Part shown: one piece after another, positions 9,926 to 20,673 of the stretch
Layout of the letters: each line of letters begins with the position of its first letter
Position numbering within the stretch: the stretch's first letter is position 1
DNA from: an uncultured Ignavibacteria bacterium
GTDB lineage: Bacteria > Zixibacteria > MSB-5A5 > DSPP01 > RBG-1
Reading direction: 5' to 3'
Length of the DNA: 64,000 nt
Assembly (NCBI GenBank): GCA_964399055.1
Contig: CAYNPJ010000001.1
Coordinates: 1,255,347-1,319,346, forward strand
Translations under genes and position numbers: made by a program
Notes under the pieces: generated by a model
Told to the model about the DNA's origin: nothing
Databases searched by the model: none
Seen by the model: only the letters and a program-made list of their open reading frames with translations

Positions 9926-11068
9926 TCAGGCCGCAGGTCCTTCAGGCGGCACTGTTTCCACGAATTTGAGCTTGCCATTCTCTATCTTTATCACCACTGC
10001 CGATTTGCTGGCATTGCGATTAGCATCTATGGTAATTTTTCCGCTCACTCCTTCGAAATCCTTGGTAGCGGCTATCTGGTCCCTTATTTGGGCCGGGTCG
10101 GCAGTATCGGCTCTCTTAATGGCCTCGAATAAGACCATGGCCGCATCGTAGCCTAAGACTGCCATTGCATCCGGCACCTCTCCGAATTTGGTCTGGTATT
10201 CCCGGACGAAATTCTGAATCAAAGGATTGGGGTCGTCCGGTGAATAGTGATTAGAATAGTAACAGTCTTCCACTGCCGGGCCGCCGATTTCAATCAACTT
10301 AGGCGAATCCCAGCCGTCGCCTCCGGTCAAGGGTATTTTTATTCCCAATTCCCGCGCCTGTCTGGCAATCAGGCCCGCCTCAGTATAATAGCCGGGAATA
10401 AAAATGGTTTCCGGTTTCTTGGCTTTGATAGAAGTGAGCTGAGCCTTGAAGTCAATATCACCCTCGGAGTAAGATTCCTCGGCTACGATTCTACCGCCCA
10501 GGCTTTCGAAGGTCTTTTTGAAATATTCGGCCAAGCCTACGCTGTAGTCGTTTTTGACGTCCGTCAAAATCGCTGCAGTTTTCACTTTTAGAGTATTCCA
10601 GCAGAATTTTGCCATCACTGTTCCCTGAAAGGGGTCGATGTAGCAGACTCTGAAGATATAATCTCCCACCTCGGTCACTTTGGGATTAGTCGAAGCCGGC
10701 GTAATCATCGGTATTCTTGAAGATTGACTGATAGGAGCTCCGGCCAAACTGCGTGAGGAAGCAATCTCTCCTAATATAGCGATGACTTTATCCTGATTGA
10801 TTAACTTCTTGACTGCGGTGGCCGCCTCTTCGGGTTTGCCTTGGTCATCTTCTACAATCGTGGAGACCTGCTTTCCCAGCAATCCGCCGCCCTGATTGAC
10901 CTTTTCCAACGCCATTTCAATCCCGTTCTTCATGGATATGCCAAAGGTAGCGGTAGTTCCGGTCAGGGAACCATACACACCGATTTTGACTACATCGGCC
11001 TTCTGGGAACAGGACCAGAGCAGACTGGCTGATACTAAGAACGTCAAATTTCTTAACCACCTAAGCAT
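9926..11068 (-). CDS. livK: Branched-chain amino acid ABC transporter substrate-binding lipoprotein (LivK/LivJ family)
   Basis: Lipobox LLWSC, VEDDQGKP, GEIASS, DGWDSP, GYDA; heads the liv operon. Confidence 0.9.
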   Translation of the reverse strand: MLRWLRNLTFLVSASLLWSCSQKADVVKIGVYGSLTGTTATFGISMKNGIEMALEKVNQGGGLLGKQVSTIVEDDQGKPEEAATAVKKLINQDKVIAILGEIASSRSLAGAPISQSSRIPMITPASTNPKVTEVGDYIFRVCYIDPFQGTVMAKFCWNTLKVKTAAILTDVKNDYSVGLAEYFKKTFESLGGRIVAEESYSEGDIDFKAQLTSIKAKKPETIFIPGYYTEAGLIARQARELGIKIPLTGGDGWDSPKLIEIGGPAVEDCYYSNHYSPDDPNPLIQNFVREYQTKFGEVPDAMAVLGYDAAMVLFEAIKRADTADPAQIRDQIAATKDFEGVSGKITIDANRNASKSAVVIKIENGKLKFVETVPPEGPAA

Positions 11069-11183
11069 CTTTCCTCCTAATCATTTATCAGACGAAACTT
11101 TATCTAACCCAATTTAACCAGCCTTGTCAAGGAATTTTTGTTGACAAATCCCTTTCTGAAGCTGAATTTCACTGATTGACATT

Positions 11184-11930
11184 ATGAGCCAGACTTCCTT
11201 TGCTCCGGTCTTAATTTTCGGCTTGATTGCCGGACTGGCTAATTTGATTGGCGGCATCTGGATTATCGGTGCCAGAAAAATCAGCGGCACCTTTTTGAAG
11301 TATTGCCTGGCCTTTGGCTCCGGCTTTCTCTTAGCCGCCGTATTTCTGAAGATGATTCCGGTCAGCCTGGAGCATCTCAGCCTTGCTCCGCTCTTCGTTC
11401 TTTTAGGTTACTTTTTGATTCACTTCTTTGAGCATACTGCCGCGCCTCATTTTCATTTCGGAGAGGAGACCCATTTGGAGGAAATGGGTTTGAGCCGGGC
11501 AGTCGGCTTTTCGGCTTCGGTCGGCTTGTCGGTGCACGCACTGTTTGACGGCGTTTCCATCGGCAGCGGTTTTTTGGTCGCCCCCTCTCTGGGAATCTTA
11601 ATCTTTGCCGCCATAATGCTGCACAAGGTGCCGGAAGGATTTACCATGGCTTCAATAGTCCTGGCCTCAGGCGGGGGTAAAAAGCATGCCTTCTGGTCAT
11701 CCGCCATTCTGGGGATAATGACCGTGATCGGGGTGCTTTTAGCCCAGGCTCTAAAACCCTGGTTTGCCCATGCCCTGGCTCTTTCAGCCGGAGTCTCCTT
11801 GTACGTGGCCGCCTCGGACCTGATGCCGGAAGTCAACCAGGAAAAAGGGGTCTGGATGTCGATTATGGTCTTTGTAGGAGTGGGGCTATTCTTCTTAACG
11901 GAAACTCTTTTGGAAGCCTTGGGGCTTTAA
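11184..11930 (+). CDS. ZIP (ZupT) family metal transporter
   Basis: HALFDG and HKVPEG metal-binding motifs, His-rich loop (HFHFGEETH), YVAASDLMPE. Confidence 0.88.
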   Translation: MSQTSFAPVLIFGLIAGLANLIGGIWIIGARKISGTFLKYCLAFGSGFLLAAVFLKMIPVSLEHLSLAPLFVLLGYFLIHFFEHTAAPHFHFGEETHLEEMGLSRAVGFSASVGLSVHALFDGVSIGSGFLVAPSLGILIFAAIMLHKVPEGFTMASIVLASGGGKKHAFWSSAILGIMTVIGVLLAQALKPWFAHALALSAGVSLYVAASDLMPEVNQEKGVWMSIMVFVGVGLFFLTETLLEALGL

Positions 11931-12123
11931 TAATCATTAATATAGCCCATTTTTTGTTCATAACGCACAAATCCATGATTGAATAAACCGTATATCTCTC
12001 TTAGAGTTAAGAAGAAAGTCGAGTTTGCTTTCGATGCGGTAGCAGAATTTGGCGACAAGTAATCAAATTTAAAGTTTATGTGCTGTAACTCATTAGATGA
12101 ACTGACTAATTGGGACTCGTTTT

Positions 12124-12138
12124 TGGCACGCCAGTTGT
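12124..12138 (+). promoter_or_regulatory. Possible sigma54-type promoter upstream of the TPR/TonB operon
   Basis: TGGCACG-N4-TTGT; spacing is right but the -12 element is GT rather than GC. Confidence 0.3.
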
Positions 12139-12256
12139 GACTTAAAATAGTTGGTAAATTACATGAGAAATACAGGAGTTATGGAGAGGAAGCCAGAACG
12201 GATTAACGCAAAAAAGGACTTGACAATAAAAGAGGTAAAAAGCTAATTAGGAGATT

Positions 12257-13957
12257 TTGATGACTAAGGGTCGAGTGAGAGGTTCGAAGCTAATTCTGTT
12301 AGGGGTTACCGCAGTGCTGGTACTGATGGGATTATTATATGCCCAGGACAAGCTCAAGGCCGGCATTGAAGCCTACAAAAAGGGAGATTACGACCAGGCC
12401 ATCTATCTGTTAAACCAGCATCTCTCAGAGGTCCCTTTTGACTATGACGGCAATTTTTATCTGGGCAATGCCTATTTCCAGAAGAAGGAGTTTAAATCAG
12501 CTCTGCAGGCCTATCAAAAGGCGTATCAGAAAAAGAGCAAGACCGAAGTTTTGTACCAACTGGGACTGACTTCTCTGGAATTGGAGGATTTGGCTCAGGC
12601 TAAGAAATACGCGCAGGAGGGGATAAATTCCAAAAGTTCTGACAGAGAGCAGGCTCAGATGTATTACCTCCTGGCCAAGGTTCAGTTTCAGGAAAAAAAC
12701 TACGCTGACGCAGATATAAGTCTGCGCAAAGCGCTGGCCTCTGACCAGAAGAATTCCTCCTATCACAAGCTTCTGGGAGACATTAACTATGAACGCAATG
12801 TCCCCAGCCTGGCTATCAGCGAGTATAATGAAACTCTTAAGCTTGACCCCAGTTTGGCTCAGGAATTACATTACCGTTTGGGAAGAGCCTACTTCCTAAA
12901 CCGCCAGTTTAACGAAGCCTTAGACCAGTTCAAATTGGCCATTGAGGCCGATTCTAATTTTGCCGAGGCCTACTTAGATTTGGGCAATCTTTACTTCTGG
13001 GGAAACAAATACAATGAGGCCCTCTGGGCTTATGAAAAATATTTGGAGCTTAGGCCCGGCGACCCGGGTGTGCTTTTGAACCTGGGTAAGATGTATTTTG
13101 TCTCCCACCAGTATGACAAGTCAATTGAATTTTTGCTGAAGGCTAATTCTTCCAAACTAGATAAAGATGGCTTATACATGCTGGCTCAGGCTTATCAGGA
13201 GACCAAACAGTACCCGGAGGCCGAGAAACGCTTTGCCGAATATGAAAAATTTATACTGGAGAGTGAACCCGGCTATAACTGGACCAAAGCTGACGCTGAA
13301 TTCTGGTTCAAGCGCGGGGTAACTAATTTTAATATCAGCGATTCTGTTGCCAATGAGCTGGCGGTTAAATGCTTTGCCAGAACCATTGAACTTGATTCTA
13401 CTCAGAGCGAGGCCTATTCCTATCTGGGTCTGTTGTTTTACCGGCAGAGAGACTATCCCCAATCCATTGACTATTTTAAGAAGAAATTAGCCCAGGATTC
13501 TACCAGTTACAATACTTACACTAACCTGGCCTACGCTTATATTGAATCCAAGAAGACCGATTCAGCTATGTGGGCGTTGGAAAAATCTGTGGCCTTAAAA
13601 CCCGACAACACCAAAGCTTTGAGTCAGCTGGCCTGGATGAGCATGGCCGAGCTGAAGGACTACCTGAAGTCCGGGTACTGGTATGAAAAAATTTTGGAAG
13701 TAGACTCTACGGATTGCGAGGCCAAGGGGTATCTGGGCCTGTCTTATCTTATGCAAAAGAAGTACGGCGCCGCAATCCCCCACCTCCGGGGCGCGGTTCA
13801 GTGCCAGCCTAACCACGAGCAATTTAATCTCTGGCTGGCACAGGCATTTGCCCTGACCAATCAGAGAGAGAGCGCCAAGATTTATTATCGCAAGGTGCTA
13901 CAGATAAATCCTAACAACAAAGATGCCAAAGAGGGTCTGGAGATTTTGGAATTTTAG
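12257..13957 (+). CDS. Secreted tetratricopeptide repeat protein
   Basis: N-terminal signal peptide; many tandem TPR motifs (A.Y.LG..Y.....Y..A...Y.KAL). Confidence 0.9.
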   Translation: MMTKGRVRGSKLILLGVTAVLVLMGLLYAQDKLKAGIEAYKKGDYDQAIYLLNQHLSEVPFDYDGNFYLGNAYFQKKEFKSALQAYQKAYQKKSKTEVLYQLGLTSLELEDLAQAKKYAQEGINSKSSDREQAQMYYLLAKVQFQEKNYADADISLRKALASDQKNSSYHKLLGDINYERNVPSLAISEYNETLKLDPSLAQELHYRLGRAYFLNRQFNEALDQFKLAIEADSNFAEAYLDLGNLYFWGNKYNEALWAYEKYLELRPGDPGVLLNLGKMYFVSHQYDKSIEFLLKANSSKLDKDGLYMLAQAYQETKQYPEAEKRFAEYEKFILESEPGYNWTKADAEFWFKRGVTNFNISDSVANELAVKCFARTIELDSTQSEAYSYLGLLFYRQRDYPQSIDYFKKKLAQDSTSYNTYTNLAYAYIESKKTDSAMWALEKSVALKPDNTKALSQLAWMSMAELKDYLKSGYWYEKILEVDSTDCEAKGYLGLSYLMQKKYGAAIPHLRGAVQCQPNHEQFNLWLAQAFALTNQRESAKIYYRKVLQINPNNKDAKEGLEILEF

Positions 13958-13994
13958 CCAACCATAGGGTCGTGAATTTATAGCAAGGAGCAGG

Positions 13995-14690
13995 ATGGGA
14001 GACAATAAAATTCCGATAGAGGAGCGCTACCGCTATATAGGTTTTGACGTTTTTCCTAAGAAAGCCAAACCCCTGTTCGAGTCTCCGGAAGAGGAAAAAA
14101 AATTTCTGGAAAAGGTGCGAGGCCGCACCTCTAAGTTTTTCTTCTTAGAAAGAGAGCACAGCTTAATTGAGGTGCCTACTCTGACTAAAGCCGAGCGGGT
14201 GGTCATACTTTTGTGCTCTTTGTTTATCTTAACCGGATTCTTTATTTTCCCGGTGGGGAGTGTCTATGTAAAGGGAATCGGCAATCTTTCGGTCTCCGGT
14301 TTGAGTCTGCTTTTGAACCTATCCAGCCTGTCGCCCATTTTAGCCTTGGGCGGAACCCAGATTCTGATTATCACCGCACTGGGATTAGCCTTTTTAATAC
14401 TGGGTGTCTTAACCGGCGGACTTCAGTTAGTTGCCGTTTTGACCAGCTGGAAGACCAATCGAGGACAGACTGTCAGCCGATTCAATCGCCTGGGACTGTT
14501 TCCGGTTTTATTCTGGGTGGCGGCTCTGATAGTGGGAATGTTCAGCATTCCGACTCCGGCCTGGGACCTTCTGGGAGCAGAGCAATTGGGCAAGAGTTTC
14601 CATACTTTCAGGTTGATATCCATGACCGGCGTGGGCTTGTGGCTGGTTTTTGCCGGTTTGATTATAAACAGCTCGATTGTAGGCGAGTAA
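13995..14690 (+). CDS. Hypothetical integral membrane protein (about 4-5 TM) in TonB operon
   Basis: RBS AAGGAG; soluble charged N-terminus followed by hydrophobic helices; no family recognised. Confidence 0.7.
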   Translation: MGDNKIPIEERYRYIGFDVFPKKAKPLFESPEEEKKFLEKVRGRTSKFFFLEREHSLIEVPTLTKAERVVILLCSLFILTGFFIFPVGSVYVKGIGNLSVSGLSLLLNLSSLSPILALGGTQILIITALGLAFLILGVLTGGLQLVAVLTSWKTNRGQTVSRFNRLGLFPVLFWVAALIVGMFSIPTPAWDLLGAEQLGKSFHTFRLISMTGVGLWLVFAGLIINSSIVGE

Positions 14691-14749
14691 ACAGTTGACT
14701 ATGAAAAATAGGTTTTTATATTAAAAAGTTAGCCTAAACAGGAGGAAGT

Positions 14750-15499
14750 GTGAAACAGTCGGTTTTTATTACTATTGTCATCGTGGTTTCGATAGCAGTG
14801 GGATTTGTAATCTGGTCGCAGCTGCCAGAATATCTCCAGAAAGGAGGCTTTCTGGTAGCCTTTTTGATTGCGCTGTCGGTGATGCTCTTTGCCTTCATCA
14901 TGGAGCGGCTGATTACCATTAACAAGGCCAGGGGCCGGGCCTCCATCCAATCATTCTTCAAGGACCTGGTAACTTTCATTCAGCAGGATGACTATGATAA
15001 AGCCATTGCCGCCTGCGACAAACAGAGAGGTTCGGCCGCCAACATCTTAAGAGCCGGAATCGAAAGGTTTCAGCAGGTCAAGGTTACTGAGAGGAGTCCG
15101 GAGAAGAGAATCAACGAAGTTCAGAGAGCCATAGAAGAAGCCAATGCCTTAGAGGTTCCTTTACTGGAAAGAAACTTGATTGCTCTGTCAACCATTGCCT
15201 CCATCGCGGTGTTAGTGGGTCTTTTAGGTACCACCATCGGCATGATTCGTGCCTTTGCAGCCACCTCCCACCGGGTAGGGGGAGTGATTGACGCGGCTGA
15301 GCTGGCCCGGGGAATCTCGGAAGCCTTGGTCAATACTGCCGGAGGACTGATTAACGCCATCATTGGCATCGTGGCTTACAATTATTTTGTCAACCGGGTG
15401 GATGCCTTTAATTACACGGTGGACGAAGCTTCCTACGAAGTCCTCCAATTAGTCAAAGCTAAGGAGGCGGAGGCCACTGAAAAGGTTGCGGTGAAATAG
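14750..15499 (+). CDS. exbB: MotA/TolQ/ExbB proton channel protein
   Basis: IAS.AVLVGLLGTTIGMI.AF, GISEAL..TAGG. Confidence 0.9.
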   Translation: MKQSVFITIVIVVSIAVGFVIWSQLPEYLQKGGFLVAFLIALSVMLFAFIMERLITINKARGRASIQSFFKDLVTFIQQDDYDKAIAACDKQRGSAANILRAGIERFQQVKVTERSPEKRINEVQRAIEEANALEVPLLERNLIALSTIASIAVLVGLLGTTIGMIRAFAATSHRVGGVIDAAELARGISEALVNTAGGLINAIIGIVAYNYFVNRVDAFNYTVDEASYEVLQLVKAKEAEATEKVAVK

Positions 15500-15501
15500 G
15501 C

Positions 15502-15984
15502 GTGCTTAAAAGATTCAAGCGCAGAGTAGGCATCAGAATTGACATGACCCCCATGGTGGACGTGGCCTTTTTGCTTTTGATTTTCTACATGACCACCACC
15601 ACTTTTAAACCCCCGGAGAAAAAACAGATTACGGTTCCTTCTTCGCACTCTCAGATTGACATGCCGGATGTGGACATCCTCAACATCTCGGTCACCAAGC
15701 AGGACTCTATTTTCTTAGAGTACATTGTCAAATCAGAGAAGGAAGTGAAAGGAAAGAAGGAAGCTGTTTTAGACCGAATGTACGAAGAGGCCACTCCCCA
15801 GACCTTGGGGGAAATCATAAACCGAATCCGGGCCACGCAGTGGGGTTATCGCATGCGCCTGGTCATCAAAGCCGACAGAGACGTCCGCTTCGGGACCATG
15901 TCCTCCATCATGGACGCCTTACAGCAGATGGATATTGTTCAGTTTCACTTAGTTACCGAGTTCGACTCTGAGCCTATTACCTGA
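15502..15984 (+). CDS. exbD: ExbD/TolR biopolymer transport protein
   Basis: IDMTPMVDVAFLLLIFYM; IKADRDVRFG. Confidence 0.92.
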   Translation: MLKRFKRRVGIRIDMTPMVDVAFLLLIFYMTTTTFKPPEKKQITVPSSHSQIDMPDVDILNISVTKQDSIFLEYIVKSEKEVKGKKEAVLDRMYEEATPQTLGEIINRIRATQWGYRMRLVIKADRDVRFGTMSSIMDALQQMDIVQFHLVTEFDSEPIT

Positions 15985-16032
15985 ACCCGGAATATTTGTG
16001 CCTCAGATTCGTATACTCTTTAGGAGAGGAAA

Positions 16033-16587
16033 ATGGCAGGAGTAGATTTAGAAGGCCCGAGTAGGGCTAAGAAAACCGGCCTAAGAAGACCGAAGAGAAG
16101 AGTAGGGGTCAGGATTGACATGACTCCCATGGTGGACATAGCCTTCCTGCTTTTGATTTTCTACATGGTGACAACTCTTTTTTCGGCTCCTAAAGCGATG
16201 GAGATAAGCCTGCCCCCGGACAAGACTAAAGAGGTTCCAGTCAAGGAATCCCATTTACTCTTTCTCAGAGTTACAGCCGATGGAGCACTCTACAAAAACT
16301 TTGGTATAAAGACAACTCCTGAACCTCTTCCCTACGACTCCCTGCGCTCCTTTCTATGGGAAAATATAAAAGAGAACCCGGATATCGTGATGTTTGTAAA
16401 AATAGATAAGGAGGCCAAATACTCCATAATGGTCGATATAATCGATGAGATTCAGGTGGTGGAAAGCAGAATGAAGCAAATCAATCCTGAATTCAGCTCC
16501 CGCTTCAGCATAGCCGCCTTGGATGACTTTGACCGCAAGGCTTTAGCTAAAGTTTTAGGCACAACGGAGGCGCCCAGTGGCAGCTAA
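16033..16587 (+). CDS. exbD: Second ExbD/TolR protein
   Basis: IDMTPMVDIAFLLLIFYMVTT; KIDKEAKY. Confidence 0.9.
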   Translation: MAGVDLEGPSRAKKTGLRRPKRRVGVRIDMTPMVDIAFLLLIFYMVTTLFSAPKAMEISLPPDKTKEVPVKESHLLFLRVTADGALYKNFGIKTTPEPLPYDSLRSFLWENIKENPDIVMFVKIDKEAKYSIMVDIIDEIQVVESRMKQINPEFSSRFSIAALDDFDRKALAKVLGTTEAPSGS

Positions 16588-17284
16588 CGGCACTCTGGCT
16601 TACGGCGCTTTTGAACTTAAGAAAAGTTATCAGAAGAATCTGACCAAAGGGTTGATTTTTGCGGCCCTGCTGCACATTGCCCTAATCGGGGGATTTTTGC
16701 TCTACGGCTATTTAACCAGGGAAGATTTAACTACCACTGTCAGAGTAATCAAGAGCCTGGCTGAACTGGGCCCGCCTCCCTCCCTGTCCCAGTTAGAAAA
16801 GCCACAGGTGGTGGTGGCCATGCCCCAGGTTGCTCCACCTTCTGTGGGGACTCCCAAGCCGGTGCCGGATGAAGAAGTAGTCGAAGTGGAATTCGCCACC
16901 CAGAAGCAGTTAGAGCAGACTGTTCCCACCTCAGACGTAAAGAGCGGCGACGTGGCTATTAACATTCCCGAGGAAGAGCTTCTGCCCGGGTATGGCGAAT
17001 TCGTTGCCGTGGAAGTTCAGCCTCAAGTGATTAATAAAGTCGCTCCGGCCTACCCGGAATTGGCCAGAAAAGCCCAAGTGGAGGGGACTGTCTATCTCGA
17101 CCTGCTGGTTGATAAAGAAGGAAAGGTGCGCGACATAAAAATCTTGAAACCTTCGGGAAGCAATGTGGGCTTTGAAGAGGCCGCCATTGAGGCGGTAAAG
17201 AAGTGGAGCTTTTCCCCTGCAATTCAGAACGGGAAGCCGATTGCGGTGTGGATGACCTTGCCGGTCAAGTTTCAGGTCAAGTAG
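16577..17284 (+). CDS. tonB: Energy transducer TonB
   Basis: N-terminal TM, Pro-rich linker, YPELARKAQVEG.V and W.FSPA.QNGKP C-terminal domain. Confidence 0.92.
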   Translation: MAANGTLAYGAFELKKSYQKNLTKGLIFAALLHIALIGGFLLYGYLTREDLTTTVRVIKSLAELGPPPSLSQLEKPQVVVAMPQVAPPSVGTPKPVPDEEVVEVEFATQKQLEQTVPTSDVKSGDVAINIPEEELLPGYGEFVAVEVQPQVINKVAPAYPELARKAQVEGTVYLDLLVDKEGKVRDIKILKPSGSNVGFEEAAIEAVKKWSFSPAIQNGKPIAVWMTLPVKFQVK

Positions 17285-17408
17285 TCTCTCCTCATAATTT
17301 TCGTAATTTAGCCTGCCTTAAATTCTGCTTATCCGACAAAATTATCCTTGCCAAATTTAGCTTGAGATTTTAAATTGGGCGTCTCTTAAATCTCAATGGA
17401 GGAAATAG

Positions 17409-19763
17409 ATGCATTTAGACCGTAAAAAAGTTAAAGTGACCTTGTTCTTGTTAATAATTTCACTTGCCTTGGGTATGGCATCCACATCCCTGGCTGGTGA
17501 AGCTGACACTCTATTGCCCCCTTTTACTTCCTCAATCAACTATTTACTCTACTTCGTGTTACTCTCCGCCGTGGTGGGATTGCTATACGGAGTTTATCTG
17601 GCAGTAAAGGTCAATAAGGCTGACCAGGGCACTCCCAAGATGATTGCCGTGGCCAAAGGCATTCAGGAAGGAGCCCGGGCCTATCTCACCAGGCAGATGC
17701 GGGTCCTGGCTCTCTTCATCATTTTTCTGACTCTCTTGATTTTCTTTATTTATAAGGGAGTCTACCTCCTACCCGATGGAGCAGTGAACTGGAAGCTCGT
17801 CTGGGGCATTTCGATTTCTTTCTTGTTAGGTGCCTCGCTTTCGGCTGCCACAGGAATTGTAGGAATGTCAGTGGCCGTGCGGGGAAATGTCCGGGTAGCC
17901 AATGCGGCCCGCTTTTCTTTTAAGCGGGCATTGGAATTAGCCTTCCAGGCCGGTACTGTGACCGGGATGTTTACAGTAGGGACCGGACTTTTGGGAGCTA
18001 CCATTATCTTCATGATTTTTAAAGAGCACGCCATGATGGTCTTAATCGGGTTCGGGTTCGGAGGCAGTCTGGTGGCCTTGTTCATGCGTGTGGGCGGCGG
18101 AATCTACACCAAGGCTGCTGACGTGGGCGCTGATTTGGTAGGCAAAGTGGAAGCTGGTATCCCTGAAGATGACCCCCGCAATCCGGCCACTATAGCCGAC
18201 AACGTGGGGGATAATGTGGGTGACTGCGCTGGAATGGCGGCTGACCTGTTTGAATCTTATGAAGTAACTTTGGTGGCAGCCATGATATTAGGAGCCGCCT
18301 ATGCCGCATTCAATCCTACCCCGGAAGGCAAAGAATTAGCCTTAAAGATGATTCTCTTCCCTCTTCTGGTTCGGGCAGTGGGAGTATTTGCTTCGATTTT
18401 CGGCACCTGGTCTGTGCGCGGCAAAGACCGGGAGGATTTCAATCCCATGCGTCCGATTCAGCAAGGGTTTGTGGTTTCTGCCATCATCTCCACTATCGGA
18501 TTTGGATTGGTCAACTACTTCTTCATGCGCAATGCCGCAGGCCAGCCTGATTTCAGATTCTTCTGGGCAACCTTTGCAGGCATTGTCCTGGCAGTAGTGA
18601 TCAGCTATCTGACTGAATATTATACTGCCCTGGAGTACTCGCCGGTCAAGGAGACTGCCCGGGCCACCAGAACCGGTCCGGCTACCACCATCCTGGCTGG
18701 GTTTTCCGAAGGTATGGAATCGACAGTGGCGGCTATAATCGTGATTGCCATCACTGTTTTTGCTTCCTTTTTGATTTTCGGGGGGGACTTAGCCCTGGCT
18801 GCTTATGGTATAGCTTTAGCCGGGATGGGGATGTTGACCACCACTGGAATAATTGTCTCAATGGACAGTTACGGACCGATTTCAGACAATGCCAATGGTA
18901 TCTTTGAGATGTCCAAGGTTTTAGAAGAGGATAAGAATCCTCAGGCCTTCAAAATAGTCCACAAGTTAGATGCGGTGGGTAATACTACCAAGGCAGTGAC
19001 CAAGGGATTCGCCATTGCCTCAGCAGTGGTGGCGGCAGTCTCCTTATTCCGCTCCTTCTCCTCTGATGTAGATATACTAGACCCCAGCTTGGAGTTTTCA
19101 AAATTAGGCATCCAGGTCAATCTGCCGGATGTCTTTGTGGGTTTATTAATCGGCGGGGCCATGCCTTTCTTATTCAGCTCGATTGCAATAAGAGCAGTGG
19201 GCCGGGCCGCCTTCCAGGTGGTAGAGGAAGTCAGAAGACAGTTTAAAGAGATTCCCGGCATAATGGAAGGGACCACCAAACCAGATTACGGTCGCTGTGT
19301 GGACATTTCCACTGCAGCGGCCCAGAGAGAATTGATTACTCCTGGTCTGATTGCAATCCTCTCCCCTATTATCGTAGGCTTTCTGTTTGGGGTAGGCGGT
19401 TTAGGCGGATTTTTAGCCGGAATTATTCTGACCGGCCAGCTTCTGGCAGTGATGCTCTCCAATGCCGGCGGCACCTGGGACAACGCCAAGAAATCGATTG
19501 AAGCGGGATTATACGGTGGCAAAGGAACGGAAGCTCATAAAGCCGGTATTATCGGCGATACAGTGGGTGACCCATTCAAGGACACCGCTGGTCCTTCGCT
19601 GAATCCCCTGATTAAGGTGATGAACTTAGTGGCCCTCTTGATACTCCCCTTGATAGTAGGAGCCAGCAAACTCCCCACCCCGGCTAAGATTGCCGCTGCT
19701 GTGATTGCCATTATTCTGCTATTGATATTTTTAATCATCAGCAAAAGAAAAATCGAGTATTAG
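17409..19763 (+). CDS. hppA: Membrane-bound proton-translocating pyrophosphatase, K+-independent type
   Basis: [49 protein letters not shown]; [10 protein letters not shown] has Lys/Thr at the K+-dependence-determining positions. Confidence 0.95.
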   Translation: MHLDRKKVKVTLFLLIISLALGMASTSLAGEADTLLPPFTSSINYLLYFVLLSAVVGLLYGVYLAVKVNKADQGTPKMIAVAKGIQEGARAYLTRQMRVLALFIIFLTLLIFFIYKGVYLLPDGAVNWKLVWGISISFLLGASLSAATGIVGMSVAVRGNVRVANAARFSFKRALELAFQAGTVTGMFTVGTGLLGATIIFMIFKEHAMMVLIGFGFGGSLVALFMRVGGGIYTKAADVGADLVGKVEAGIPEDDPRNPATIADNVGDNVGDCAGMAADLFESYEVTLVAAMILGAAYAAFNPTPEGKELALKMILFPLLVRAVGVFASIFGTWSVRGKDREDFNPMRPIQQGFVVSAIISTIGFGLVNYFFMRNAAGQPDFRFFWATFAGIVLAVVISYLTEYYTALEYSPVKETARATRTGPATTILAGFSEGMESTVAAIIVIAITVFASFLIFGGDLALAAYGIALAGMGMLTTTGIIVSMDSYGPISDNANGIFEMSKVLEEDKNPQAFKIVHKLDAVGNTTKAVTKGFAIASAVVAAVSLFRSFSSDVDILDPSLEFSKLGIQVNLPDVFVGLLIGGAMPFLFSSIAIRAVGRAAFQVVEEVRRQFKEIPGIMEGTTKPDYGRCVDISTAAAQRELITPGLIAILSPIIVGFLFGVGGLGGFLAGIILTGQLLAVMLSNAGGTWDNAKKSIEAGLYGGKGTEAHKAGIIGDTVGDPFKDTAGPSLNPLIKVMNLVALLILPLIVGASKLPTPAKIAAAVIAIILLLIFLIISKRKIEY

Positions 19764-19786
19764 AGTCTTATTGGCTAACGATTAAG

Positions 19787-19815
19787 AAACCCCGTTAAAC
19801 CAACGGGGTTTTTTT
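19787..19815 (+). terminator. Intrinsic terminator after hppA
   Basis: AAACCCCGTT-aaacc-AACGGGGTTT followed by a T run. Confidence 0.9.
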
Positions 19816-19917
19816 ATTGTCTCTTTTGTGCTTATGCTGAAGATGATTGCCCGATTCTTCTTGATTTCTGAAACTTTCTGCGCCTATTTACGTTAAAAAG
19901 AGTAAATAACAGTCCTT

Positions 19918-20655
19918 ATGGAGGGTAACTTGGAACAGATGGAAACTACGGCTCCGGAACAGCCAAAAAGTATGTCGGCTCTTTCAGGAGTAACCAGAGT
20001 ATTGTTCTCTCCGAGACAGGTTTTTGATTCGGTTCGGGAGAAACCGAACTGGATATTGCCTCTGGTCATTCTGATTTTAGTCATATCAATTGTGACTCCT
20101 ATAATTTTCCCTACTATCAGGACAGAGATATTGGCTAACATTACTAATAATCCTGATTACAGTGACGAGCAAAAGGCACAGATTTTAGAGCAGGTATCCG
20201 GGCGGATAACCTTAGCCTGGATTTTGATTCCAGGGCTGCTTTACCAGGTGATAAGCTTTTTCGTCATGGCCGCGGTCTTCTTTTTTGTGGCCAATATCCT
20301 GATGGGAGGAGAGGGAAAGTTCGCTCCCATGCTCTCGGTCACTCTACTCTCTCAGCTCGTAACCATACCGGAAGACCTGATTAAAGTGCCATTAATTTTA
20401 GCCAAGCAGACCGTGAAAGTACATACTGACTTGTCCTTATTCCTGCCCTCATCAATGGATGAAAGTTTTCTGTTTAAGCTCCTCAGTCAGTTAGACATTT
20501 TCGGCTTCTGGAAGATTTACTTAGTCGGCTTGGGGATGGCTGTTCTGTATAAGTTTACTCTTAAGAAGTCGATGACCGCCGCCTTTACGGTCTGGGGAAT
20601 TTATGTGCTGATAGCCGCATTAATGGGAAAATTCTTAAAATTCGGAATGGGTTAA
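19918..20655 (+). CDS. Yip1-family membrane protein
   Basis: LFSPRQVF.SVREKPNW..PL, D.FGFW..YL..LG; five TM pattern; precedes the efflux genes. Confidence 0.8.
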   Translation: MEGNLEQMETTAPEQPKSMSALSGVTRVLFSPRQVFDSVREKPNWILPLVILILVISIVTPIIFPTIRTEILANITNNPDYSDEQKAQILEQVSGRITLAWILIPGLLYQVISFFVMAAVFFFVANILMGGEGKFAPMLSVTLLSQLVTIPEDLIKVPLILAKQTVKVHTDLSLFLPSSMDESFLFKLLSQLDIFGFWKIYLVGLGMAVLYKFTLKKSMTAAFTVWGIYVLIAALMGKFLKFGMG

Positions 20656-20673
20656 AACAGGGAGAATAGAATC

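Noticed and set aside
11124-11147. TTGTCAA-N10-TTGACAA inverted repeat as a transcription-factor operator
   Set aside because: More simply explained as back-to-back -35 boxes of the divergent livK and ZIP promoters.
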